A stretch of DNA of 64,000 nucleotides from an uncultured Chloroflexia bacterium (GCA_963816675.1 CAWFLS010000017.1:5831-69830), one strand, 5' to 3'; shown: positions 1 through 9,101, numbered from the stretch's first letter. Numbers and translations: made by a program. The notes: generated from the sequence alone by a model not told the origin.

Positions 1-716
1 ACCGCTGCGTGCTGCCCACGCTGCCGCTGGGTGCCCACCGCCATCCCATGCGTGCCGGAGCGGACCTGTCACTGCGGGGTCAGGCGCGTCTGGTGAGCGA
101 GGTGCTCGAGCGACTCGATCTGCGAGAGGTCACGGTCTGCTTCAACGACTGGGCTGCGCCGCAGCTCATGGTCGCTGACGGACTCACAGACCGAGTGGCT
201 GCGATGGTCCTCGTGTCTTGCGAGACAGCCGGGAACTATCCCACCCGGCCTGCCCGGTCGCACTCTTGCACTGCTGGGGAGGACCCCCGGCGGCTTGACC
301 ATGGCCCTGTACGCGTTGCGGCTGCGCTGGGCCCGACGGTTGCCGACCACGTTCGGACGCATGGCGAAGTACGGCGTTCCGGACGACCTCGTCGAGGCAT
401 GGATCTCCCCCGCGTTGTCCTCCCGATCGGGTACGGCGTGACCTCGGTCGCTACGTGAGAAGCACCCGGCAGGGCAAGCGTGACCTCGTCGACGCCACCG
501 CAATGCTCAGCCAGTTCATACGTCCGGTACTCGTCGCCTGGGGTACCGACGACCGGGTCATGCCCGCGAGGAAGGCCGTCGTCGGCGGCGGCCTTCCCGC
601 AGGGCAGGTTCACCACCGTCCCTGACGCGGGAACGCTGGTTCCCCTCGACCAGCCAGCCGCTCTCGCCACGCTCATTGACGAGCACGCTCGGTTCGCCTC
701 GGCGCGCGGCGACTGA
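1..716 (+). pseudogene. alpha/beta-hydrolase fold protein, 5'-truncated by the window edge, reading frame broken at least 3 times
   Basis: Pieces in three + frames join into one hydrolase-like sequence: ...RLDLREVTVCFNDWAAPQL..AAMVLVSCETAGNYP | PGLPGRTLALL..FGRMAKYGVPDDLVEAWISPAL | RRDLGRYVRSTRQGKRDLVDATAMLSQFIRPVLVAWGTDDRVMP | AAAFPQGRFTTVPDAGTLVPLDQPAALATLIDEHARF*. ORFs 9..458 and 480..716 are only fragments. Confidence 0.6.
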
Positions 717-794
717 ACCTGCGACCGCTCCCAGGATGCCGACGCGCAGGGAGGCAGACTATGGTGCGGACAGGCTCAGCTCTCGTCGTGAGGG

Positions 795-1624
795 TTGTGC
801 AAGGCTTCGCGAGACCGGCCGGCTTTGACCAGTGCCCATGGGGGCTTCTTGACCACGACCGATGTGAACCGAAGGTCCCACCAGGCCTCCGTCCCACTGC
901 GCACCGCAGGCTGGGCGCTGCACCTGTACACCGCGAGCGGGACCGTGCTGGCGCTGCTCGCCGTGATCGCAGTGTTCGACGGTCACACCGTCCGTGCCCT
1001 GTGGATCCTCCTCGTCGCGCTGGTGGTGGACGGAACCGACGGGATGCTGGCGCGCGCTCTCCGGGTGAAGGAGACCATCCCGACGTTCGACGGCGCAAGC
1101 TCGACGACATCGTCGACTACATCACCTACGCGTTCGTCCCGATGCTGCTGCTCTGGGCCGGCGACTACCTGCCGGAGGGCTTCTGGGGCAAGGCCGTGGC
1201 CGCAATCCCCCTCGTCGCGTCGAGCTATCAGTTCTGCCGCTCGGACGCGAAGACCGACGACCACTTCTTCCTCGGCTTCCCGAGCTATTGGAACGTCGTG
1301 GCCTTCTACGTCGTCGTCCTCGAGCTGTCGACCACGGTCACGGTCGTGATCCTTCTGGCCTGTGCCGTCCTGGTGTTCGTGCCGATCAAGTACGTATACC
1401 CCTCACGCACTGACGCGTTCTGGATGCTCAACCTCAGCCTGGCCGGCCTCTGGCTGGTGCTGTACGGCGTGATCCTGGCGACCTTCCCCGACCCGAACAT
1501 GTTCTTCGTCGGGCTGTCGCTCGCGTATGTCGCCTACTACGTGGCGGTCAGCATCTATCTGACGATGATCAGCCCACGCAGGCGCGCACGGCAGTCCGCG
1601 GGGGCGGCTTCGTCGGTCGACTGA
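795..1624 (+). CDS. pcs: CDP-alcohol phosphatidyltransferase of the phosphatidylcholine-synthase (Pcs) type, one frame break
   Basis: The Pcs-like motif DGxDGxxARxxxVxxxxPxFDGxxLDxxxDYxTY is split over two frames. ORF 795..1349 gives ..LVVDGTDGMLARALRVKETIPTFDGA. ORF 761..1624 continues KLDDIVDYITYAFVPMLLLW.. followed by several hydrophobic segments. The frame switch is near 1093-1100 (ggcgcaagctc). Start is GTG 795 or GTG 864. Confidence 0.65.
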
Positions 1625-1633
1625 CCTCGATCG

Positions 1634-2506
1634 TCAGCTGGGACCAAGCACGTCGTTCACCGTCCGCGCGGGTGGGAGACCCAACCGACCACGCAGCTCG
1701 GGGTCGCCCTCGCCCAGATCGGTCGTGTCCATCACGAGGGCGAGCCGGTTCTGGCGCGCGAACGTCGGGCTGAACGGCCGCGCAACGACCGAGGCGACTC
1801 GCAGGGCCGCTCGAGGCAGGTGGCGCGGCTTCCCCTGCCACACATGGGCTGCCTGCACGGCCAGGGCCAGCTGCTGCATCGAGATCGGCTCGCCACCGAT
1901 CTCGAGGACCTCGCCCAGCAACATCGGATCGGTTGCGGCGCGCACGGCGAGCGCCACCACGTCGTCCACGGCGACGAAGGCCAGCCGCCGTTCCCCACGA
2001 CCGAAGACGAGTGGACGGCCCGATTGACCGGCGGTCTCCTGGAGCACCCGGTGCCAAGTCTCGATGTACGGCCCGGACCGGATGATGCACCACGGCACGT
2101 TGCTGGCCCGGAACAGCTCCTGCTCAGCAGCGAACTTGGCCCGGAACAGGTCGGCGGGCGAGTCAGCGGACGCACCCATGATCGACATCAGGACCACCGC
2201 TGATCCGGTTTCCTGTGCTGCAGCGTTGAGGTTCACGTTCCCCTGCCTGTCGACCTCCTCCGGTCCCTCGCCCCGACCGCCGAGGAAGCCGTGGAATGCG
2301 GAGACCACAGTGGCCGCACCCTCCAGTGCCTCGGTGAGCCCGTCGGGGCGGCGCACGTCGACCTCCACGATCTCCGGGGTCGTGCCCAGGGCCGCCGCGG
2401 CACGAGCTCGATCGCGAGTGAGTGCGCGAACCTCGTGGCCCAGCGCCAACAGGGCGGTCACCAGCCGGCTGCCGAGCAGCCCAGTGCCCCCGGCGACGGC
2501 GATCAC
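1634..2506 (-). CDS. NAD(P)H-binding NmrA/atypical-SDR family oxidoreductase
   Basis: Intact 290-aa ORF with N-terminal Rossmann motif MIAVAGGTGLLGSRLV. The GTG start lies in a GTGA overlap context with the upstream gene. Confidence 0.8.
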   Translation of the reverse strand: MIAVAGGTGLLGSRLVTALLALGHEVRALTRDRARAAAALGTTPEIVEVDVRRPDGLTEALEGAATVVSAFHGFLGGRGEGPEEVDRQGNVNLNAAAQETGSAVVLMSIMGASADSPADLFRAKFAAEQELFRASNVPWCIIRSGPYIETWHRVLQETAGQSGRPLVFGRGERRLAFVAVDDVVALAVRAATDPMLLGEVLEIGGEPISMQQLALAVQAAHVWQGKPRHLPRAALRVASVVARPFSPTFARQNRLALVMDTTDLGEGDPELRGRLGLPPARTVNDVLGPS

Positions 2507-4487
2507 ACCGGGTCACCTCTGGTGAGCCCAGGTTCTCGATCTCGAGGGTGGGGATCGACTCCTCGGCAGGCAGCTCGAACCCGAGCACTTGCGAGTAGAA
2601 GGAGAGCTCCGCCAGCATCGAGTCCTTGATGTTCGCCGCCTGGCGAAAGCCGTGCTGCTCCCCGTCGTACAGGCGATAGGCGACCGGCTGCCCCTTCTGG
2701 CGCAGGGCATCGACGATCATCTCCGCCTGCGCCTGCGGCACCACCTGGTCCTCAGAGCCCTGCAGAACGACGAGTGGCGACGTGAGGGAGTCGAGGTGCG
2801 TCAGCGGCGACCGTTCGGTGTAGATGTCGCGGCCCTCGGGGTACGGCGCGATCAGCCCGTCGAGGTAGCGCGACTCGAACTTGTGCGTCTCGAGCGCCAG
2901 TGCCTCGACGTCAGCGACCCCGTAGTAGTCCGCGCCGGCGGCGAAGACATCCGACTTCGCGAGCGCCATCAGCACGGTGAAACCACCGGCCGAACCCCCG
3001 CGGATGAGCGCCCGCTCGGGGTCCACCCAGCCCTGCTCGGTCAGCCAGCGCACGGCACCCACGCAGTCACCGACGTCGAGCAGTCCCCACTCCCCCTGCA
3101 GCCGGTTTCGGTACTCGCGGCCGTACCCGGTGGACCCGCCGTAGTCCACGTCAACGACGGCGAACCCGCGGCTCGTCCAGAACTGGCGGCTCAGCAGGAG
3201 CGTCGTCACCGCCTTCGACGTCGGGCCGCCGTGGATCATCACGATCACGGGTGGCAGCTCGCCATCCGACGGCTCGATCCCAGGGTTGGTCGGCGGGTAG
3301 AAGTTCGCGTACGTCGGTCGCCCGTCCCCACCCGGGAACTCGATGTGCTCCGGCTGCGAGAACCAGCCGGGGTCGATACCGAGGTCGCGCTGGACGCTGA
3401 GCGTCTGCACCGATCCGAGCCGATCAGCCTCCGACTGACTCACCACGAACCTCAGGACCGCCGGCTCCGCTACCGGGGAGGCACCGATGAGCACCACTGT
3501 GTCCGCGCCGGCGACGACGTCCTCGACATGGGTACAGCCGACGGGCAGGTCGACCAGCGCTCCATCGGCCTCGAGCAGGTACGTCGAGTCCTTGCCCTCG
3601 TGCAGCAACGCGAGAACCACGCGGCCGTCGCTGAGGAAGGCATACCGCGTGCTGGCGAACTGCCACTTGGGTTCCCCGACCTCGCCGGGGACGTGAAGCA
3701 TCTGCTCCACGCCTGCTTCGGGTGTCCAGCGGTAGAGCGACCACCAGTCATTGCGGTCAGTGCAGAACCACAACGAGCCGTCGGGCGCCCACTGCGGCTG
3801 GCACACGCCCTCGGCGGGTTGGTCCACTCCGCCCGCGACGGTCACCACACCCATGCCCGTCTGGACCTTCAGCGTCGAGGCGTCCCATGGCATGGCCGGG
3901 TGGTCCCACTCCAGCCATGCCAGCGAGGATCCGTCGGGTGACCAGCGCGGGTCGGAGACGAAGTCTGGGCCGGACACGACCACGTCCTGCTCCCCCGCCG
4001 AGTCCAGCACCACGATCTCGTTGACCACATCGACAGCGCCCCGGGACCCGGCCGGGTGGGTCTCCCGGACCAGGGCGACTCGACCGTCATGGGGGTGGAC
4101 GTCACCGTCCGCCCATCGCACAGACACGCCTTCGTGAGCCTCCGGAGTCACTGCGACCGGCTCGGCGCCCGGGTCGATCCGGCGCAGTCGCTGGTCGGTC
4201 CACTCGACGTACCAGATGACGCCGTCGCGCACCCACCACGCGCCGCCGCCGTACTCATGGACCTGGCTGCGCGCATTGGCGCCGGCAGGCAGTACGTCGG
4301 TCGGCTTGCCGCCGGGCGCGAGCCGGACGATCTGGGTCCGTCCGCCCTCCTCGGGCCGCATCTCCGACCAGTAGGCGACCTCGCCGTCGAGCGCCACACC
4401 GGAGAGGCTGCGGGACGCCTGCACCACGAGGTCGGCAGTGATGGGAGTGGGCCAGGACCCACAGGGGCGGCGTACGACGTCGGTCAT
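2163..4487 (-). CDS. S9 family serine peptidase (prolyl oligopeptidase / dipeptidyl aminopeptidase-like), 3' end uncertain
   Basis: Nucleophile motif IRGGSAGGFTVL and later GSEDQVVP..GEQHGF acid/His region, preceded by a long propeller-like N-terminal part. Recognisable sequence ends at ..GFELPAEESIPTLEIENLG (about 2515), but there is no in-frame stop until 2163, 340 nt inside the NmrA gene. A TGA in a GTGA overlap with the NmrA start sits one frame away. Confidence 0.8.
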   Translation of the reverse strand: MTDVVRRPCGSWPTPITADLVVQASRSLSGVALDGEVAYWSEMRPEEGGRTQIVRLAPGGKPTDVLPAGANARSQVHEYGGGAWWVRDGVIWYVEWTDQRLRRIDPGAEPVAVTPEAHEGVSVRWADGDVHPHDGRVALVRETHPAGSRGAVDVVNEIVVLDSAGEQDVVVSGPDFVSDPRWSPDGSSLAWLEWDHPAMPWDASTLKVQTGMGVVTVAGGVDQPAEGVCQPQWAPDGSLWFCTDRNDWWSLYRWTPEAGVEQMLHVPGEVGEPKWQFASTRYAFLSDGRVVLALLHEGKDSTYLLEADGALVDLPVGCTHVEDVVAGADTVVLIGASPVAEPAVLRFVVSQSEADRLGSVQTLSVQRDLGIDPGWFSQPEHIEFPGGDGRPTYANFYPPTNPGIEPSDGELPPVIVMIHGGPTSKAVTTLLLSRQFWTSRGFAVVDVDYGGSTGYGREYRNRLQGEWGLLDVGDCVGAVRWLTEQGWVDPERALIRGGSAGGFTVLMALAKSDVFAAGADYYGVADVEALALETHKFESRYLDGLIAPYPEGRDIYTERSPLTHLDSLTSPLVVLQGSEDQVVPQAQAEMIVDALRQKGQPVAYRLYDGEQHGFRQAANIKDSMLAELSFYSQVLGFELPAEESIPTLEIENLGSPEVTRCDRRRRGHWAARQPAGDRPVGAGPRGSRTHSRSSSCRGGPGHDPGDRGGRRAPPRRAHRGTGGCGHCGLRIPRLPRRSGRGTGGGRQAGEREPQRCSTGNRISGGPDVDHGCVR

Positions 4488-4571
4488 GTCCCGAGACTAG
4501 GTCACTCGCACCGATCTCAGGAGGCGGCCAAACTACTTGCCTGCGTCAGTCAGGTATTGGAGGATGGTGAC

Positions 4572-5093
4572 ATGAGCCGTCTTGAGAACCTGGTGGGTGC
4601 CTTCTCGCTGACTGTTGCCGACCGCCTGGTCGACGAGACGAACACCCGTGGCCTGTCCGCGTCCGACCATGCCGCGCTGGTGACCCTGCTGGCCCATCCC
4701 AACCGTCCGGTCTCCTGGCTCGGCGATGTCCTCGGTCTCTCGAGCTCAGGTGCCACCCGCCTCGTCGACCGGCTCGTTGCCGCTGGTCTGGTCACGCGCA
4801 CCGCCGCGTCGGACTCGAGGGAACGGCGACTTCGCCTGACGGCGTCGGGAAGACGTCGTGCCACGACTGCACTTCGAGCACGCAACGAGACCCTGGCCTC
4901 CTCCATCGAGGTGCTGACCGCAGCGGAGCGGGAGGAGCTGGAGAACCTGCTGGGTCGTCTGGTCTCCAATCTGACGACAGGTCGGCAACCCGCGCTCCAC
5001 ACGTGCCGACTGTGCGACCGCGACGCGTGTGCCTCCGGTGGTCACGGCTGCCCGCTCGACCACACCGTGCCGACTGACGACGCGCGTGCCTGA
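4572..5093 (+). CDS. MarR family transcriptional regulator with Cys-rich C-terminal tail
   Basis: ATG at 4572 inside ORF 4056..5093. Winged-helix region LGDVLGLSSSGATRLVDRLVAAGLVTRTAASDSRERRLRLTASG. Tail is HTCRLCDRDACASGGHGCP. Divergent from the S9 peptidase. Confidence 0.8.
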   Translation: MSRLENLVGAFSLTVADRLVDETNTRGLSASDHAALVTLLAHPNRPVSWLGDVLGLSSSGATRLVDRLVAAGLVTRTAASDSRERRLRLTASGRRRATTALRARNETLASSIEVLTAAEREELENLLGRLVSNLTTGRQPALHTCRLCDRDACASGGHGCPLDHTVPTDDARA

Positions 5094-5154
5094 CACCGCC
5101 ACGGCGATTGCGGCCCAACATTCGACGGCGCGCGCCCTGCTCCCCGGAACCGCG

Positions 5155-6297
5155 ATGATCGCGGTCACCTTCGGACTCGCCCGCTATGGCTACGGCCTGC
5201 TGCTGCCGGACATGCGGGCCGAGATCCAGATGACCGCGAGCACGGCCGGTCTTGTCTCGTCCGCGGCCTACCTCTCCTACCTGGCAGCCAACATCGGCGT
5301 CGTCGCGGTGCTCACCCGGTGGGGTCCGCGGGTAGCAGTCGGAGGCGCCGCGCTACTCGCAGCAGTCGGGATGGGCGTCATCGCCGGCGCCCACTCGGTG
5401 ATGCTCCTGGCCATCGGCGTCGTCGTGGCCGGTGCTGCGGCGGGGATGTCGTTCCCGCCGTACGCCGACATCGTCGCCGGGCAGGTGCGGCCTGAGAAAC
5501 GGGACGCCGTGTGGGCGACAATCAGCTCCGGGACGGGCTGGGGTGTCGCCATCGCCGGTCCGATCGCGATCGTCGCCGGAGCGCAGTGGCGCGTGGCATG
5601 GGCGATCTTCGTGATGACTGCGGTGGTGGTCGGGACGCTGGCCGTGTTCCATGCCCCAGCCGCCGAAGACCGGCGCGCACGTCTGCCCCAGCTGAGCATC
5701 ACCTGGTTCTTCTGTCCGAAGTCCCGCCCGCTCCTGCTCTCCGCCGTACTCGTCGGCGCTGGAAGCTCAGTCTGGTGGGCGTTCAGCGTGGACGCGCTGC
5801 GTCAGGCCGGCATCGACCCGAGCGCTGCCCGGCTCACCTACGCAGCATGCGGTGCGGCGATGCTCCTGGCCTCGTTCAGTGGCCTGATGTTCGCGCGGTT
5901 CGGGCTTCGTCCCAGCTACCTGGTCTCGTGTGTCCTGCTTGCCGCGTCCCTTGCGGTCTTCGGACTGTCGACCGCACACCTGACCACCGCTCTGGCGGCG
6001 GCCATCGTGTTCGGGGCGGTCTACGCGTCCGTCATCGCGGTGCACGGTGTCTGGAGCTCGCGGGTCTTCGCGGACCACCCGTCCGCAGGTCTGGCCGCCG
6101 TGAACACCGCGCTGACGATCGGAACCCTCGTCGGACCCACGTTGGCCGGCGTCCTGATCCAGCAGGCCGACTTTCGCTTCGCCCTGATCACCGTCGCCGT
6201 GCTGACGCTGGTGGCCCTGCCGTTCAGCCCGCCGTCGGCCCGACGCAAGGCCGTCATCGATGCCCACCGGTGCACAGCCGCACCGGTGCGTGACTGA
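5155..6297 (+). CDS. MFS transporter
   Basis: ORF 5029..6297. ATG 5155 gives MIAVTFGLARYGYGLLLPDMRAEI.. followed by ~12 hydrophobic segments. The upstream part of the ORF overlaps the MarR stop and looks non-coding. Confidence 0.75.
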   Translation: MIAVTFGLARYGYGLLLPDMRAEIQMTASTAGLVSSAAYLSYLAANIGVVAVLTRWGPRVAVGGAALLAAVGMGVIAGAHSVMLLAIGVVVAGAAAGMSFPPYADIVAGQVRPEKRDAVWATISSGTGWGVAIAGPIAIVAGAQWRVAWAIFVMTAVVVGTLAVFHAPAAEDRRARLPQLSITWFFCPKSRPLLLSAVLVGAGSSVWWAFSVDALRQAGIDPSAARLTYAACGAAMLLASFSGLMFARFGLRPSYLVSCVLLAASLAVFGLSTAHLTTALAAAIVFGAVYASVIAVHGVWSSRVFADHPSAGLAAVNTALTIGTLVGPTLAGVLIQQADFRFALITVAVLTLVALPFSPPSARRKAVIDAHRCTAAPVRD

Positions 6298-6345
6298 CGT
6301 ACTCTCACGAAATCGTGCAGCCGACCTGGCCGAAGGGAGGCCGAG

Positions 6346-7299
6346 ATCAAGGCGATCGTCCACGACCACTACGGGCCTCCCGACGTACTCCGCGTCGAGG
6401 ACGTCCCGATGCCCTCCCCCGCCTCCGGTCAGGTGCGGATCAAGGTCGCTGCGACCTCGGTCAACCTCAGCGACTGGGAGGGGCTCACCGGATCGCCGGC
6501 GTACGCGCGGATGGGTGGGTTGCGAACTCCTGCTCGGCCGACGCTCGGATCGGACATCGCCGGGGTGGTCGACGAGGTCGGTGAAGGGGTGACGCGGTTC
6601 CAGGTGGGCGACGAGGTGTACGGCGACAACCTCGCGCTGATGGGCGGCTTCGCGGAGTACGCCGTCGCGCCGGAGTCCGCACTCGCGCACAAGCCGACCG
6701 AGCTCACGTTCGCCGAGGCGTCGACGCTCCCGCAGGCGGGCGCGATCGCTGTGCAGGGCACGCAGCGGGCCGTGCCCGGTGGCCGGGTGCTCGTCAACGG
6801 CGCCGGTGGAGGGTCGGGGTCGTTCGCCATCCAGCTCGCCAAGCGGCTCGGCGCGCATGTCACAGGGGTCGACAACGCCGCCAAGCAGGACTTCATGTTG
6901 TCGATGGGCGCGGACGAGGTGATCGACTACCGCGAGGAAGACTTCAGTCGCACTGGCGCGCCGTACGACCTGATCCTGGACCTCGTCGCGCACCGATCCG
7001 TCTTCACCTACCGGCGCGCGCTGGCCCGGGGCGGCAGGTACCGGTGCGCCGGCGGCTCCGTGCGCACGCTGCTGCGCGTGGTCACCGCCGGCTCGGTGGT
7101 GGGGCGCGCAACCGGTCGCTCCATCGGGGTGCTGGTGGTGAAGCAGGGCCCGTCGCACTTCGAGCCCCTCGCCGCGCTCTGTGCCGCCGGTGAGGTCCGG
7201 ATCCACATCGACCGCACCTTCGCCCTCGACGAGGTTCCCGCTGCTCTCGCCCATGTCGGCGAGGGTCGCGCTCTTGGCAAGGTGGTCGTGACTCCGTAG
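6346..7299 (+). CDS. zinc-type/quinone oxidoreductase (MDR alcohol dehydrogenase superfamily); apparent non-canonical ATC start
   Basis: GSDIAGVVDEVGEGV and NAD(P) motif VNGAGGGSGSFAIQLAK. The track ORF starts at 6409, but the family N-terminus (I)KAIVHDHYGPPDVLRVEDVP is encoded in frame from 6346, 5 nt after GGGAGG. There is no ATG/GTG/TTG/CTG between the preceding stop (6297) and 6409. Confidence 0.8.
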   Translation: MKAIVHDHYGPPDVLRVEDVPMPSPASGQVRIKVAATSVNLSDWEGLTGSPAYARMGGLRTPARPTLGSDIAGVVDEVGEGVTRFQVGDEVYGDNLALMGGFAEYAVAPESALAHKPTELTFAEASTLPQAGAIAVQGTQRAVPGGRVLVNGAGGGSGSFAIQLAKRLGAHVTGVDNAAKQDFMLSMGADEVIDYREEDFSRTGAPYDLILDLVAHRSVFTYRRALARGGRYRCAGGSVRTLLRVVTAGSVVGRATGRSIGVLVVKQGPSHFEPLAALCAAGEVRIHIDRTFALDEVPAALAHVGEGRALGKVVVTP

Positions 7300-7343
7300 C
7301 TGGGCTAGGGTCCGCCAGCATCAACAGGGAGCTGGGTGGTGAG

Positions 7344-7760
7344 GTGAACGTGGAGACCTATGACGTTCGCGGGATCGGCGTCGTACGTTCGCCGCTGCGC
7401 GACCTGGATGCCGCGCCGCGGCAGGGCGACGAGGGCGCGCCCGAGGCGGAGCTGGTCTTCGACGAGGAGGTCGGCCCCGCACTGCAAGGGATCGAAGCCG
7501 GATCCGTCGTCGTGCTGCTGACCTGGTTGCACCAAGCGAACCGGGAAACCCTGGAGACGCGGCCGCGCAACGACCCCACCCGACCCATGACGGGCGTATT
7601 CGCCACGCGGTCACCGGACCGGCCGAACCCCATCGGCCTGCACACCGTGACGGTGCTCGAAGCCGGTCCTCGGACCTTGCGCGTGGCCGGCCTCGAGGCG
7701 ATCGACGGCACTCCATTGATCGACGTCAAGATCGCGCTGGGCTCCCCCGACACACGCTGA
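7344..7760 (+). CDS. trmO: TsaA/TrmO-like tRNA methyltransferase family protein (YaeB-like)
   Basis: Intact 138-aa ORF with motif ATRSPDRPNPIGLHTVTVLE..GLEAIDGTPLIDVK, typical of the TsaA/YaeB fold. Confidence 0.7.
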   Translation: MNVETYDVRGIGVVRSPLRDLDAAPRQGDEGAPEAELVFDEEVGPALQGIEAGSVVVLLTWLHQANRETLETRPRNDPTRPMTGVFATRSPDRPNPIGLHTVTVLEAGPRTLRVAGLEAIDGTPLIDVKIALGSPDTR

Positions 7761-7799
7761 GCTCAGCCGGGTCGCCGAGCCGGGACTACGCTGCTTGGC

Positions 7800-8135
7800 G
7801 TGTGGTCCCTCTGGTCAGAGAACTCAGTCCTCTCGATCTGCTCCCAGGACTCGTTCCTCTCGATCGGCAGCGCCGCGTCCTTCGCCTCGTTCGCCAGCAT
7901 CGGCTCGTTCGCCTCAGCCGGCTCGATCGGATCGGCGATGTCAGTCGCTTCACTGCTCTCGCACCAGAGCTCAGGGTCGGCTCTGTCCCACCGGAGCAGC
8001 GGATCCGTGCTTTCCAGCCAGGGCGACGCCGTACTCCTCAACCGCCACGGCGGCAGGCAGGTTCCCCAAGGGGCAGTAGGTGCGGCTGTACTGGCGACAC
8101 TCGTGGCCGCTGCCGTACATCGCGCGCGCCGCTGA
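7800..8135 (+). CDS. hypothetical Ser-rich protein built from eight 9-residue repeats with a C-terminal hydrophobic segment and basic tail; strand ambiguous
   Basis: The + frame reads SENSVLSIC SQDSFLSIG SAASFASFA SIGSFASAG SIGSAMSVA SLLSHQSSG SALSHRSSG SVLSSQGDA, then ..AAVLATLVAAAVHRARR*. The antisense ORF 7763..8179 shares the same third-codon positions, so GC3 cannot decide between them. Confidence 0.4.
   Translation: MWSLWSENSVLSICSQDSFLSIGSAASFASFASIGSFASAGSIGSAMSVASLLSHQSSGSALSHRSSGSVLSSQGDAVLLNRHGGRQVPQGAVGAAVLATLVAAAVHRARR
7815..8030. repeat. 8 tandem diverged 27-nt units (nonapeptide periodicity)
   Basis: Direct reading gives tcagagaactcagtcctctcgatctgc / tcccaggactcgttcctctcgatcggc / agcgccgcgtccttcgcctcgttcgcc / ... 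/ tccgtgctttccagccagggcgacgcc, exactly 8 x 27 nt. Confidence 0.8.
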
Positions 8136-8179
8136 ACGACGTGCGGCGACCCGGCTTCCTCGTGGCGGTTCACGGGCAC

Positions 8180-8614
8180 TCAGTCGAGACAGAACTCGTT
8201 GCCCTCGACGTCCTGCATCACCAGGCACGACTCGTTCTCCTCATCGGCCTCGAGGAGCCGCACGCGCGTCGCCCCCAGCGGGAGCAGACGTGCGCATTCG
8301 GCCTCCAGGGCAGCGAGGCGTTCCGCACCCACGAGGCCGGTGCCGACCCGCACGTCGAGATGGACCCGATTCTTGGCGACCTTGCCCTCGGGGACGCGCT
8401 GGAAGAACAGCCGCGGTCGCTCCCCCGTGGGATCAGCGCACGCGAACCATGCATCCCGATCCTCGGGCGGTTGGGCGCTGTTGAACTCGTCCCACGTGGC
8501 GAAGCCCTCTGGAGGCGGCGGTGCGACGTACCCCAACACCTCGCACCAGAACCGAGCAACGCGCTCAGGTGAGGCACAGTCGAAGGTGACCTGGAACTCT
8601 TTGACCGACGGCAT
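8180..8614 (-). CDS. VOC (glyoxalase-like domain) family protein
   Basis: MPSVKEFQVTFDCASPERVARFWCEVLGY..RVHLDVRV..EGNEFCLD. ORF 8180..8638; the ATG at 8614 fits the family N-terminus. Confidence 0.7.
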   Translation of the reverse strand: MPSVKEFQVTFDCASPERVARFWCEVLGYVAPPPPEGFATWDEFNSAQPPEDRDAWFACADPTGERPRLFFQRVPEGKVAKNRVHLDVRVGTGLVGAERLAALEAECARLLPLGATRVRLLEADEENESCLVMQDVEGNEFCLD

Positions 8615-8702
8615 CGGCCCACCATACGAGCGGATCACTCACGATCGCGCGGCCTTTTCGGCGTCGACGAGGCCGCCTTCGACGAGGGGCTAGCCTCGCG
8701 CC

Positions 8703-9101
8703 ATGGCCACCATCAGCCTGCAAGCGCACGGCGGGGCGCCGGTCAGTCTCGCTTGGGAGCGGTACGCCGATCCCGCGCTCTGGTCCACCTGGGCACCCCA
8801 GATCCAGCGGGTGGAGACCGACCTGCAGCGGCTCGCCGCAGGCGGGACCGGGACAGTCCGCGCCGGCCTGCTCCCCCGACCGACGCTGGGGATCCCGTTC
8901 CGGGTGCTCGCCGTCGACGAGGCTGCGCGCGAATGGTCCTGGCAGGCGCGGTTCGGCCCGCTGCGGCTGCGACTCGAGCACGGTGTGACCTCACACCTCA
9001 CGGGGTCCTCGACCTGGCTGCGGGTGCACGGTCCGCTGCCGGTGATCCTGGCCTACGCGCCCGTTGCAAGGATTGCGCTGGGTCGACTGGTGGCTGCCTG
9101 A
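8703..9101 (+). CDS. SRPBCC (polyketide cyclase/dehydrase-like) family protein
   Basis: Intact 132-aa ORF with a typical SRPBCC beginning, ..VSLAWERYADPALWSTWAPQIQRVE. Confidence 0.6.
   Translation: MATISLQAHGGAPVSLAWERYADPALWSTWAPQIQRVETDLQRLAAGGTGTVRAGLLPRPTLGIPFRVLAVDEAAREWSWQARFGPLRLRLEHGVTSHLTGSSTWLRVHGPLPVILAYAPVARIALGRLVAA

Noticed and set aside
5767-7254. 495-aa antisense ORF spanning the MFS and oxidoreductase genes
   Set aside because: It has low-complexity Arg/Gly/Asp composition, spans two clearly recognisable + strand genes and has no family motif. The same judgement applies to 2589..3941(+), 13827..15140(-), 25305..26453(-), 32291..34363(-, mostly), 37347..38819(+), 39566..41104(+), 42672..44021(+) and 59946..62081(+).
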